Both the position numbers and the translations under genes were made by a program. From positions 21,164,210 to 21,228,209 of the forward strand of contig NC_134030.1 of NCBI RefSeq assembly GCF_964204645.1: a stretch of DNA of 64,000 bases, given 5' to 3'. Each line of letters begins with the position of its first letter. Within the stretch, counting starts at the first letter, position 1. The DNA is from Tubulanus polymorphus. Taxonomy: Eukaryota; Animalia; Nemertea. Shown here piece after piece: positions 40,286-53,540 of this stretch. The notes under the pieces were generated by a model that saw nothing but the letters and a program-made list of their open reading frames with translations, was not told the DNA's origin and ran no database searches.

Positions 40286-41249
40286 TGTCCGCAGTTAATC
40301 TAGACAATATTTTTCTCAATCTGTAAAATCTACTCAAACAGAACTAATCTAGAAGGCTTAGAACGGACTACGGTGCATTTGTATCGCGCTCACGACGAAG
40401 TTCGTTATATTTCCTGCGCAGGTCGCGTTCGCTCTTTCAGCCGGTCGCTGATATTTCCTGTTGTTCAGAAGCCGGCAGAGGCTGTCAAGGTCGCGCGGCG
40501 AATAAATGGACGTCAGCGCTGCGGGAGGATGGGGAGGTTATTTCCACTTCATTATTTATTTAAAACGTTGATGATTCCAGATTATAACGGTTTCGTTGCT
40601 TTTGCGTTATTTACAAAGATGTTAACCCTCTCCCGTTCGGTTGCTATTTTGAAGAGGATTTTTATTGTTGCGAAATTATCTTCGTTCGAATGATCGCGTA
40701 CTTTATGAGGGCTTATTCGAAGAAACTGCTCGCCTTAACCCCCTGTCCCTGCCTACCTCGTGTTTCTTAACAGTTATCTGTTATATCTTTAGCACCCTTA
40801 CCTTTCCCTTCTACCTCTCCTCTCGATATCAGCTCTCTCATATCTCTCCCTCGCCTCTCATTCTCTCTCCCTCTCCCCACCCTCTCTCCCTCCCTCACTC
40901 CCCTATCCCTCACCTCTAAATCTCTCCCCACCCTCCCTATCTCTCTCTCCGCCCTCCTCTCCCCTCTCCCTCTCTCCGCCCTCTCTTTTTCTCCCCCTCC
41001 TCTTTCTCCCTCTCCCTCTCTCCGCCCTCTCCCTCTCCTGGCTCTCCCTCGCATCCTCTCCCTCTGCCTCTCCCCTCCTCTCCCTCTCCCTCGCTCTCTC
41101 CCTCTCCTGGCTCTCCCTCTCTCTCCCTCTCCCCTCTCCCTCACTCTCCTCTCTCCCTCTCCCCTCTCCCTCCCTCTCTCCGCCCTCTCTTTCTCCCTCT
41201 CGCTTTCCTCTCTCTGGTTCTCACTGCTCTTCCTCTCTACATCTTCCCT

Positions 41250-41280
<31 letters not shown>

Positions 41281-41549
41281 GTTCTCAGTATTTATTCAAT
41301 GACACTATCGGTTGTATTCAGTAATAGGTAACTATGCTAATTACCGCATTCTCTCACGAGTTGTGATTAGCCAATACAAACGCGTTACGGCGATATTCGT
41401 GGAAATGATGCGGTCGACGAAACTCTTTTGATTTAACTAATTAAAAAATGACAGCTTTAACGACTTTACGTGACTAGAATTCACCGCTTATTAATTAGAA
41501 AAATTGGAAATTTTTTTTTTTCTTTTTAGCCAGTTTCATTGTTTGGAAT

Positions 41550-41875
41550 TCCACATTTCTGAATCTAGTTCCTCAGTTCTGAGTCCAGTTCCACAGTTCC
41601 GAATCAAGTTCCACATTTCTGGATCTAGTTCCACAGTTCTGAGTCCAGTTCCACATTTCTGAATCTAGTTCCACAGTTCTGAGTCCAGTTCCACAGATCT
41701 GAATCTAGTTCCATAGTTCTGAGTCCAGTTCCACAGTTCTGAATCAAGTTCCACATTTCTGAATCTAGTTCGACAGTTCTGAATCAAGTTCCACATTTCT
41801 GAGTCCAGTTCCACAGTTCCGAATCAAATTCCGCAGTTCCGAATCTAGTTCCACATTTCTGAGTCCAGTTCCTCA
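41550..41875 (-). repeat. Diverged 20-bp minisatellite of the same family, inverted
   Basis: TCCAGTTCCACAGTTCTGA units. Confidence 0.85.
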
Positions 41876-42061
41876 AGTTCTTCACCCAGGTTGCAACGTC
41901 GAACCGGCTTATATAGCTAAATCCAGGCTCTCGTTTCAAAATAACAACGCAGCCTTTTTGAAAGAACTGACTGAATTTTTACCGTGGACAGATTTTATGA
42001 ATCTCGATTTCTATTCTTAAACCGGTTATTAATGTCCTTCTTTTCTTTTGTGTCTTTGCAG

Positions 42062-42085
42062 GAAGTCGGCAGCATAATCGGAAAA
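42062..42085 (+). CDS. PCBP3: PCBP coding exon 2, 24-nt microexon (EVGSIIGK)
   Basis: Long pyrimidine tract ...tgtctttgcag|GAAGTCGGCAGCATAATCGGAAAA|gtaagt. Peptide identical to the PCBP KH1 motif. Phase 0-0. Confidence 0.95.
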
Positions 42086-42896
42086 GTAAGTATAAATACG
42101 ACGATAGAATATTGCCCTGGCGAGTGAGTAATGACTTGGATTCTCCTAATGGATTAACTTATTCTGTTTATGGCTTCGTAGACAGGATATCAAAGTCAAT
42201 TTTTAAGGTCAGGTTAACCCGGTTATCAACCACCTGATTGAAAAACCGTGGTAATGATTCAATATATGATTAGAATCCGAAATGTTTCCGGCTAGGATCA
42301 TTTTGGCCCAGCATTTACGAAATTCAGTTCTCGGGATGAACTCGAGGAGAATCAACTCTTAGCCTATTATAATCCTCAAGCCGGCCAAATCAGCTTTAAC
42401 TCCTCATCAGCAACACAAACACTGTGGGGATTCGTACCCAAAAGCCTATGATAAAGCCACACGAAGAAATACCCTAGTTTCTCATCAGATTTCTTTCTGG
42501 AAAGTGACGAAACCGGGCAAATTTCATGATGATAATTAAGACATCCTAAACTTCAAAATTCTGTACAGATCTTCCTGTTTGAAATTCTCGAGTAGGCCTT
42601 GTAGTGTGACCATTGACGGATCTGAGCGCTCAATTATATCCAAGTAAGTCTGGATGAATACGGGGAGGGAGGCGAAAAAAAGGTCCTGATTTTGGTGGCC
42701 CACCTGAGCAAATCTTATATCGTATGAAAGCGTAGTGTGTTTACAACAATTTAACGAACTTGTTATACCTGGAAATCAACAGGAATTGAGCTGATTCCTG
42801 TATATCATAGTAAATGTTGATTTCCCCTGAATTTTCTGACAGGTAATGGACAACATTACATAGCGAAATTACTAAAACTGAATTAAAGAGTGTTAA

Positions 42897-43184
42897 CCCT
42901 TTCAGTGCGTCTACACCGCAGTGCGGTGTATAAATCAGTGATGGATTTTGCTAGTACACCGCACTGCGGTGTATTGATGTAAGTAGTAATTTGTAATTAT
43001 CTCTATTGAAAAATGGCAGCACGTGTCAAACATAGTGAAATACTAGTAACTAATGATACACCGCACTGCGGTGTAGACGCACTATAGTGGTATTCCCATT
43101 GTTCAACACACTAGGGTGGAATTTTTTAGAATTTTCAAATTATCTCCAGCACTATAGGGTATTAATTAGTCAGCACTGAAAGGG
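42897..43184. mobile_element. piggyBac-like MITE family C (apparently full length, 288 bp)
   Basis: TTAA TSD, perfect TIRs, opposite orientation to the 33643 copy. Confidence 0.88.
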
Positions 43185-43877
43185 TTAAGGAGGTGAAAAA
43201 TTGTGAAAATTCCGCTGAAGTTCATCATTGTGTGCCATAAATAGATGAGATTGGTTTCTTAGCTTTACGCCGAAAACTGGTCGTATAACGTCGGCCCTGG
43301 GGGTGTATTCGGTCGTGTCACGCGCGCGCGTCTCGCCCTGAAGTTAGCCGGGGCAATCTCTTTCATCTTTCATCTAGCAATCGGGCCTCGCAGTGCGCCG
43401 CGCAACGACGACTACTTCATTACGAGCTCGATAAACGCGGAGATACAACGCCGACCGGCCGGCGGGTTATTAGTCGCGGAAAAACAATCACGCGCTAGAC
43501 CGCGTTTCGAAAGTCCGGGCCCGCGGGTGCCCGCGAGGTCCGCGAAAAAGACTTTCGTCGGCTTAATTAGACGATGCTATTGTTAGAATATAACGACCCG
43601 CGGTTACGGAGACCCGGCGGGGCGGGAGAGGAATTCCCGCGCTCTCCTAATTAGGAAGCGCGTACGTAGGCGGCATTCCAGATTTGGTTCGATTCCAGCC
43701 ACCAGGGGGCATTGATATACGGATTTGATGTTTGGATGACAGACAAATATTTGCTCATTAGCAGTTGGGAGTTTGACAAATAGATGAGTTAAACCCTTTC
43801 ATTGCAGACTAATTCATACCAGAATTGCTGGAGATAATTTAAAAAAATTCCACCCCATTGTGCCGCTCAGGAATCAC

Positions 43878-43995
43878 GTACCCATTTACTCCTGGGTGGA
43901 GACGCAATGAGGATAAGTGTCTCGCCCGAGGACACTGCAGTAATGTACAGGGTTTTGAACCCAAGACCTGGCTTTCCGGGCCACAGGCTCGAATG
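43878..43995 (-). mobile_element. tRNA-derived SINE fragment with CORE-like domain
   Basis: Minus strand has B-box GGTTCAAAACC followed by GTGTCCTCGGGCGAGACACTTATCCTC...GTAAATGGGTAC, resembling the CORE-SINE central domain. Confidence 0.6.
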
Positions 43996-44055
43996 CCAGG
44001 TATTTAGTGTACAAACGTGTTAAAAAACAAATTTTGTCGTTTTTGTGCATTTCAG

Positions 44056-44088
44056 AAAGGTGACAATGTAAAGAAATTCCGTGAAGAG
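44056..44088 (+). CDS. PCBP3: PCBP coding exon 3, 33-nt microexon (KGDNVKKFREE)
   Basis: tttcag|AAAGGT...GAAGAG|gtaagt. Homologous to KGETVKKMREE. Phase 0-0. Confidence 0.95.
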
Positions 44089-44328
44089 GTAAGTTTGAAT
44101 ATGCGGGTGGAACTGGGTGAGGGGTGAGGATCGCCCCCTCCCTAAAATAAGCTCTTGGTTTTAACTCCCCCCCCCTTCCAAATAGGTTTTCCAATTGCAC
44201 TAGGGTCTTAAAGATACCAATCTAACAAATTAAGACCATTCTTTAGGTTTAAACTTATTTCTAGACCAAATTCAAAATCTCATAGCCCGGACCAACTCTT
44301 CCAAACTTAGCCCAGAATGTGGTTCGTT

Positions 44329-45075
44329 CTGTGGAACTGGATCCAGAACTGTGGAACTGGATCCAGAACTGTGGAACTGGATCCAGAACTGTGGAACTGG
44401 ATCCAGAACTGTGGAACTGGATCCAGAACTGTGGAACTGGATCCAGAACTGTGGAACTGGATCCAGAACTGTGGAACTGGATCCAGAACTGTGGAACTGG
44501 ATCCGGAACTGTGGAACTGGATCCGGAACTGTGGAACTGGATCCAGTACTGTGGAACTGGATCCAGAACTGTGGAACTGGATCCAGAACTGTGGAACTGG
44601 ATCCAGAACTGTGGAACTGGATCCAGAACTGTGGAACTGGATCCAGAACTGTGGAACTGGATCCAGAACTGTGGAACTGGATCCAGAACTGTGGAACTGG
44701 ATCCAGAACTGTGGAACTGGATCCAGAACTGTGGAACTGGATCCAGAACTGTGGAACTGGATCCAGAACTGTGGAACTGGATCCAGAACTGTGGAACTGG
44801 ATCCAGAACTGTGGAACTGGATCCAGAACTGTGGAACTGGATCCAGAACTGTGGAACTGGATCCAGAACTGTGGAACTGGATCCAGAACTGTGGAACTGG
44901 ATCCAGAACTGTGGAACTGGATCCAGAACTGTGGAACTGGATTCAGAACTGTGGAACTGGATCCAGAACTGTGGAACTGGATCCAGTACTGTGGAACTGG
45001 ATTCAGAACTGTGGAACTGGATTCTGATTGTGGAATTTGGCTCAAAACTGTGGAACTTAGTTCAGAACTTTGGAA
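44329..45075 (+). repeat. 20-bp minisatellite (AACTGTGGAACTGGATCCAG), ~35 copies
   Basis: Near-perfect tandem array. Explains the 236-264-aa ORFs in the track. Confidence 0.97.
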
Positions 45076-45851
45076 CTAGTTCCGAAACAGTGGAATTGAA
45101 TCCAGATCGATGAGACAAGGTCAAAAACTCTGTTCCACTGTGGAACCTAGTTCAGGTCTCAATTCCACCGTGGAATCGGTTCCTGTTCGGTAAGTTACAC
45201 CGAACGGTTTAACCGGGTATCACTATTAACCGGCGCGCAATCGGCGGCTGGTTCATCTCGGCGGAACGTACGCAATTTCACTAAATCGCATTAATTTACG
45301 GTCATTCTCGACGTCGAGCCGTGTATCCGTCATCGTCGTAGTCGGCGATTGTTTCGTAACTAAGGACGCGCTTAGCGACGACGGCGGGCCGCATTGTCGC
45401 AGCTGTCAAACTCGTTACGTTCGGCGGTTAAAAGATTGCCGCGGCGATTTATATTATTCGAATAAACATTGTTGCGGGCGTTTCTTAATTAGCGGCGGCG
45501 GTCGCGCGCGCATGCGCCGCGGGAAGTTGTAACAATGCCGGCTGTCGTCGTCGCGGGCGATGGTTGATTTTTACGGCGTTTGTTTTTTCGCGATATTAAC
45601 GACCCGCACGCACGCGAGCGAGCGAGGCGACGCCCGGTTATTTATGGCCCGAGTAATTTTGCCCAGATTAGAAAATGTTCTTCGGCGGTTCAGTTTTTTT
45701 CGATAATAGATCGCGCTCGACGTCGATTTCATTGTTATATATATATATCCGAATATATATATATATATTTGAGAAAATTGATTTCGAGGGAATAAGAAAA
45801 TAAAGTTCAGGCTTTACTAAAAAAGATGGTCTGAAGTTTACCCTAAATAAG

Positions 45852-46510
45852 CTTACTTAGACTGGTCTTAAGTTAGTAGATATGATATACAATCAAAATG
45901 AGCTTAGACTGGCCTCAAGTTGTTAGATTGGTTAAAGAACCAAAATGAGCTTAGACTGGTCTTAAAATGTTAGATTGGTTAAAGAACCAAAATGAGTTTA
46001 GTCTGGTCTTAAAATGTTAGATTGGTTAAAGAACCAAAATGAGCTTAGACTGGTCTTAAGTTGTTTAATTGGTTATAGAACCAAAATCAGCTAAGACTGG
46101 TCATAAGTTGTTAGATTGGTTATAGAACCAAAATGAGCTTAGACTGGTCTTAAGCTGTTAGATTGGTTAAAGAACCAAAATGAGCTTAGACTGGTCTTAA
46201 GTTGTTTAATTGGTTATAGAACCAAAATCAGCTAAGACTGGTGTTAAGTTGTTAGATTGGTTAAAGAACCAAAATGAGCTTAGACTGGTCTTAAGTTGTT
46301 AGATTGGTTATAGAACCAAAATGAGCTTAGACTGGTCTTAAGCTGTTAGATTGGTTATAGAACCAAAATGAGCTTAGACCGGTCTGAAGTTGTAAGATTG
46401 ATTATAGAACAAAAATCAGCTTAGACTGGTCTGAAGTTGTAAGATTGATTATAGAACAAAAATCAGCTTAGACTGGTCTTCAGCTGCTAGACTGCCTATA
46501 GAACTAAAAG
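45852..46510 (-). repeat. 47-bp satellite array
   Basis: Tandem units. A further short array lies at 39010-39128. Confidence 0.9.
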
Positions 46511-46620
46511 AACTTAGCATGTAGCACCTCTCTTAAGTAGTAGTTAGATTGGTGATAGAAGTCAAATGGGCTAAGACCATTCAGACCAATAATCAGTAAT
46601 GAACAAGTCATGTTTAGCGT

Positions 46621-46718
<98 letters not shown>

Positions 46719-47133
46719 CCTTTTCTTCCATCCAATTTCATCTCGATTTTTTTATACATCGCGGAACAAAGAGTCATTTCTAACGCCTAGCGACTCTTTT
46801 ATCGAGAATCAAATAACGTGCTCAAATCGCTTTGTCATTTGATTGACTTTTTGTGGGCGTGCGCAATCATCTGAAGTGCTTTTCAAGGATGCGAAATATT
46901 GCGTCGCGTATTTTCCCTCGACAAAGTAATTCGTAACGAATTCTAAGAATAGATTTCGAAATTGACGCGTTTTAATGGAAAAAAATGTTTTAATTTTTGT
47001 TTTTTCGATGCCAAATTCGATGAAAGGTTTACGCGATTGATTGAATTCTTTTTTCTAATTTCTTCAAGAAAGATTTTTGGGAGCGAGAAGAAAAAAAGTT
47101 TGTTAATATTTTTTGGCAATTTTTTCGTTTCAG

Positions 47134-47250
47134 AGCGGAGCGAAAATAAACATATCGGACAACTCGTGTCCGGAGCGAATCGTCACGGTGATGGGCGCAA
47201 CCGACGCCATTGTTAGAGCGTTCTCGATGATTTGCAAAAAGTTCGAAGAA
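47134..47250 (+). CDS. PCBP3: PCBP coding exon 4 (SGAKINISDNSCPERIVTVMGATDAIVRAFSMICKKFEE), end of KH1
   Basis: tttcag| ... |gtaaga, 117 nt. Strong similarity to SGARINISEGNCPERIVTITG...KFEE. Confidence 0.97.
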
Positions 47251-47285
47251 GTAAGATATAATTTGTTTGCTGAGAATTTTATTAA

Positions 47286-47557
47286 CCCTTTCAGTGCTGA
47301 CTAATTAATACCGTAGATTGCCGGACAAAATTTCGAAAATTTTTGAAAAACTCTCCCTCGGTGCACTAGAGCGCATCTTCTCCGTGGTGCGGTGTATCAT
47401 TAGTTACTAATAGTTCACAATGTTTGACAGGTGCTGCCATCTTTCAATAGAGATAAAAAACTTATTACTAATAACATCAATACACCCCGATGCGGTGTAC
47501 TAGCTAAGTCCATTGCCCATTTTTACACCGCAGTGCGGTGTAGTCACATTGAAAGGG
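47286..47557. mobile_element. piggyBac-like MITE family C within the 365-bp PCBP intron 4
   Basis: TTAA|CCCTTTCAGTGC ... ATTGAAAGGG|TTGA. Confidence 0.82.
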
Positions 47558-47561
47558 TTGA

Positions 47562-48310
<749 letters not shown>

Positions 48311-49084
48311 TGGGAAGTATAGAGCAGGCCCGTGCCAAGCTTTTTTGAGGGGTAGAAAATGGGCACTTCACTATCAAAAAAGGACAGATCTCTTTTGATC
48401 TTGAAATAGGGATTGGCTTTGATAAAAGAAAAGGGCAGTTATTAAATACGGGAGATGACTTCGAAATGCAAGTTAAGAGTCGAATATTTGAAATGGGAAT
48501 TTGTTTAACGTAGAAATGGAGTGAGTGGGGAAGAGAGAGAAGGGATAAACAGAAGGTAGAGGGAGAGAAGTGATTGAAGAACCACGTCCGGAGAAGAACT
48601 CGAGTCCGAACCAAAAACAAACGGTTTTGATAGAAATTGAAAAAAAAAAACTTTTCAGAACAGAAAGAGAAGCCGTCTTTTTCTCGTCGCGTCAAAATAG
48701 AAAAGAAACCACGCCTCGTGACATTTGCAACCAACGCCCGACACGACGAAAAAAAAAACAAGTGATACTTTTACGTTTTTAGAAGAAGATGAACTTTTAA
48801 ATTCGCGAGTCGTAATTATGGCATTAGCGGGCTTCCGTTTACGGCACGCCGCTTTTACCGCGTCACTAGAAAAAAAGTCGTTTGATATTTTGTCGGAAGT
48901 CGCGCAGACATTTTCTGCGTCTCAAGTCGAATATTCCTTGCAGATTACGTCCAGGCTGAATTTTCTAATTTTCTAAATTTGAGAAATGCATTATGCGTAT
49001 ATCTTGACTTCAGTTATACAGAGGTGTCAATAACATTGTCTCAAATATGCCTAGATTCACAAATGGGTAGGTTTGAACTCAGTG

Positions 49085-49705
49085 ACCCAGTTGCTTTAGA
49101 GTCATGACGTAAATCCAAATGTGGTCTTAGACTGATCTTAAGTTGTGAGATTGGTTATAGAACTAAAATGAGCTTACACTGGTCTTAAGGTGTGAGATTG
49201 GTGATAGAACCTAAATGAATTTAGACTGGTCTTAAGTAGTTAGATTGGGGATAGAACCAAAATGAGCTTAGACTGGTCTTAAGTTGTGAGATTGGTTATA
49301 AAACCAAAATGAATTTAGACTGGTCTAAAGTTGTGAGATTGGTGATAGAACCAAAATGAATTTAGACTGGTCTAAAGTTGTGAGATTGGTGATAGAACCA
49401 AAATGAGCTTGGACTGGTCTTAAGTTGCTAGAATAATCATAAAACCGAAATCAGCATAGATTGGCTTAAGTTGTTAGATTGGTTATGGAACTAAAGCAGG
49501 CTTAGTCTAAGCCTAAAACGGTTAAGTTTGAATTGTTGTCCTTATTGAAACATGAAGTAACCAATCAAAAATTACATCATAAATTACATCAAAAATTTGA
49601 GTTTAAATTTTCTGTGAAACCTAGCCTCGGTCTGGATTGTCTTAAGATTGGTTATAGAAGATGTTCTCGGACCATTCTTAAATCTAAGCCATGACTCTTC
49701 AACCT
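49085..49705 (-). repeat. 47-bp satellite array with degenerate family A TIRs
   Basis: Starts ACCCAGTTGCTTTAGAGTCATGAC and ends AAGCCATGACTCTTCAACC. Confidence 0.8.
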
Positions 49706-50577
49706 GTGGAGTCAATTTCATCAGTTACGTTCGGACTGTGGAGTCCAGTGACATTCTGCGGTTCTACGGCTAGCGAAACTGCTTAACATTAGTCGAAAGT
49801 ATGAAGACCACTTTCCGAATTATAAATCATGACTGTTTGCAACTAGGCCCTCGAGTTAGTCACCGGTAAATCTGAGAGATTAGTCTTAAAGGCAGGTGCA
49901 TTTGGCAGGCAAAAAAATCCGGGCGTCTCAACGCAATCGGTTTAAGCAAACGCGATTTAGTGCGGCAGTATAACAGGGTGTTACACGGTATTACGGGGTA
50001 TATTAATTGTTTTGGGTAACGCGTCATAAAAGACATCTGTTCGTAGCGTTTCAATCTGAAACTTTCCCTCATTTTCACCATTGTTATCATTTTATAATAT
50101 AAAAGTCACGGAATTTAGGTCGGGGAACGTTAGATTTCTGGAGAACTGTTATTTCCCGAAAAAAAACAGCGCGATTTTGTGAATCTCTTCGGTATTTTTT
50201 TTTGCGAGAATCATGAATTCCTCAGCAGCAAAAAATCGATCGGGACAGGGATTGGAACTTCATTCGGTCAAAATTGAAAAGTTTATTGACACGTGGCAAA
50301 TGAGACGGACATTCATTTGCGTAATGTAATGGTTTTGATTACCGTATTTGAGTCGTTACTACTTGAATCCATAATTATTTTCGTAAAGGCAATTCTCATG
50401 CGCGAATTATCCAAAATATGGCCGTGAAATTGTGAATTTCTTCATTTCTTTGCGTGAAAATATAAATAAATGCCCTTTTCTTTACCCCCCTTCAAGGTGT
50501 CAGAAAGAAGTCTCGGAATTTGGTCGATTATCGGGAACACTGAATTTTAATTCATCTTTTTTTTCTATTTGATGTAG

Positions 50578-50715
<138 letters not shown>

Positions 50716-50928
50716 TAAAAAAAATACGAAATTAGGTCGAAAAATGAAAATTCCCACATCAGATATTCGATGGGATTAAGTCTTCGTGAATATATTTGCA
50801 TAAATTTGCATGCGTTGAGAACTTGAAGATGTTTTGAATGTACGCATTTTTAGGAACTTTTCTCAAAAGGTTCGTTGATGTTATCCGGCGTTTGAATACT
50901 AGATTTCGATTATGTGTAATACCGTAAC

Positions 50929-51838
50929 CGACCACCAGGTGTCGTTACTAATAGTCACGTCTTATATGTTAAAGTCGAAATTAGTTCTTTGTCAATTTTC
51001 AACTTAGAAGTCTAGATTTTCTAAGAATCGTGAATCCAAATAATAATCACCATCAAACAAGTCTAAAAAACATTCACACTTTTCTACTGTCAGTGTTTGG
51101 TATAGTTTTCATTGATAATTGATTTACACAAAGAGAAGAAAATTTGATCCGATTTTGATTAAAATCTAGAGAGAATTGATGAGTTGCAACTAGCGACACC
51201 TGGTGGATCCTCACTTGCCAAAAGTGGAATCGTTAATTGCCGCAGTAGTTGATGCCCTACTGCACACTAGTGACACCTGATGGATCCTCACTTGCCACAA
51301 GTGTAATTGTTAATTGCCGCAGTAGTTGATGCCCTACTGCACACTAGCGACACCTGGTGGATCCTCACTTGCCACAAGTGTAATTGTTAATTGCCGCAGT
51401 AGTTGATGCCCTACTGCACACTAGTGACACCTGATGGATCCTCACTTGCCACAAGTGTAATTGTTAATTGCCGCAGTAGTTGATGCCCTACTGCACACTA
51501 GCGACACCTGGTGGATCCTCACTTGCCACAAGTGTAATTGTTAATTGCCGCAGTAGTTGATGCCCTACTGCACACTAGCGACACCTGGTGGATCCTCACT
51601 TGCCACAAGTGTAATTGTTAATTGCCGCAGTAGTTGATGTCCTACTGCACACTAGCGACACCTGGTGGATCCTCACTTGCCACAAGTGTAATCGTTAATT
51701 GCCGCAGTAGTTGATGTCCTACTGCACACTAGCGACACCTGGTGGATCCTCACTTGCCACAAGTGGAATCGTTAATTGCCGCAGTAGTTGATGTCCTACT
51801 GCACACTAGCGACACCTGGTGGATCCTCACTTGCCACA
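50929..51838 (+). mobile_element. Family D copy (~8.5 satellite units)
   Basis: Same core plus 77-bp units. Confidence 0.78.
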
Positions 51839-52274
51839 GCAGCATTGTCAGTTCCCCATTTCCACAGAATTCGCAGTATTCAAACACCGGTTGACGTGAT
51901 ATGAAATGATTTGAGAATGCCAGGCCCCAGAAATAACAATGTCTCCACATTTCACAGCATCAAATTTCTCGCGTCTTTTTCTTCTCGTCCCTCGTCTTTT
52001 TAAGATTTGTTTTTGTCGGGAAAGAATTTCTTCACCTGTAATTGATTCAATCATTTTCTTCCGTGTTGTCATTTCATTTGGCGCCGTCTGGTGACGAGAC
52101 ATAGATCAATAAATGTCGAATTTTACCTCATTAATTAATTAATGGATTGATCGCGGTGTTGACGAGTATTGGCTGAAGTCCAAATTGTTGTCATTGTTTC
52201 ATCCAATATTTTTACCCCGTAGGTCCAAGAGAGCAGTGCACAGATTACACAGTTGTGTGGAACTTATTTTTCTC

Positions 52275-53540
52275 TGAATCCAGTTCCACAGTAGATGTGG
52301 GGGTTTAATTTGACTCTGAACCCAGTTCCACAGTTGTGTGGATTTAATTTGAGTCTGGACCCAGTTCCACAGTTGTGTGGGTTTAATTTGACTCTGAATT
52401 CAGTTCCACAGTTGTGTGGGTTTAATTTGACTCTGAATTCAGTTCCACAGTTGTATGGGTTTAATTTGACTCTGGACTCAGTTCCACAGTTGTGTGGGTT
52501 TAATTTGACTCTGAATTCAGTTCCACAGTTGTGTGGGTTTAATTTGACTCTGGACCCAGTTCCACAGTAGATGTGGGGGTTTAATTTGACTCTGAACCCA
52601 ATTCCGCAGTTGCATGGGTTTAATTTGACTCTGAATTCAGTTCCACAGTTGTGTGGGTTTAATTTGACTCTGGATCCAGTTCCACAGTTGCGTGGGTTTA
52701 ATTTGACTCTGAATTCAGTTCCACAGTTGTATGGGTTTAATTTTACTCTGAACCTAGTTCAGGTTCCATTCAGTATAGTTTTACTCCAAATTTGGGTCAA
52801 CCATATTTGCCTCTGTGAAATGAACTCAGTTTAAACTGTCTGTTCACTGCTCTCTTATTGTCGGGTTCAATGCCTGTTGAAATCACTCATTTTGTTATTC
52901 TCATTATTATTATTATATTAAACCCTTGATTAGATATTTTACCGTTTGAAATTTTTCACATCTCAGTTTCGCCGAACCTGAAAACCTCACAGAAAAAATA
53001 GGAAATACATAAATAATCTTTCAGTTGCAATAATATGATTAATTTGACTGCAGACCTTTTTACCCAGTTCCTCCGCTATTATGTGGCTTTTATTTGAATC
53101 TGGACTCAGTTCCACAGTTTTATGGGTATAATTTTAAACTGAACCCTGTTGTACAGTAGTGTGGGTTTAATTTGAATCTGAACCCAGTTCTACAGTTGTG
53201 GGTTTAATTTGAATATGAACCCAGTTCCACAGTTGTGTGGGTTTAATTTGAATATGAACCCAGTTCCACAGTTGTGTGGGCTTAATTTGAATCTGAATCA
53301 AGTTCTACAGTTATGTGGGCTTAATTTGAATCTGAATCAAGTTCCACAGTTGTGTGGGCTTAATTTGAATCTGAATCAAGTTCTACAGTTATGTGGGCTT
53401 AATTTGAATCTGAATCAAGTTCTACAGTTGTGTTGGCTTAATTTGAATCTGAACCCAGTTCTACAGTTGTGTGGGTTTAATTTGAAACTGAATCCAATTG
53501 TGCAGTTGTGTGGGTTTGTTTCGACTCTGAACCCATAGTT
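52275..53540 (+). repeat. Two 39-bp satellite arrays (52275-52765 and 53060-53540)
   Basis: Same unit as 21960-22660. Confidence 0.88.

Noticed and set aside
42820-42848. Plus-strand AG|GTAATG ratchet-like site (similar weak ones at ~14707 and ~20841)
   Set aside because: Suboptimal donor or pyrimidine tract, and the intron is only ~2 kb, so recursive splicing is not indicated.
44272-45113. 236-264-aa ORFs in four frames
   Set aside because: They are translations of a stop-free 20-bp tandem repeat, with no splice or domain support.
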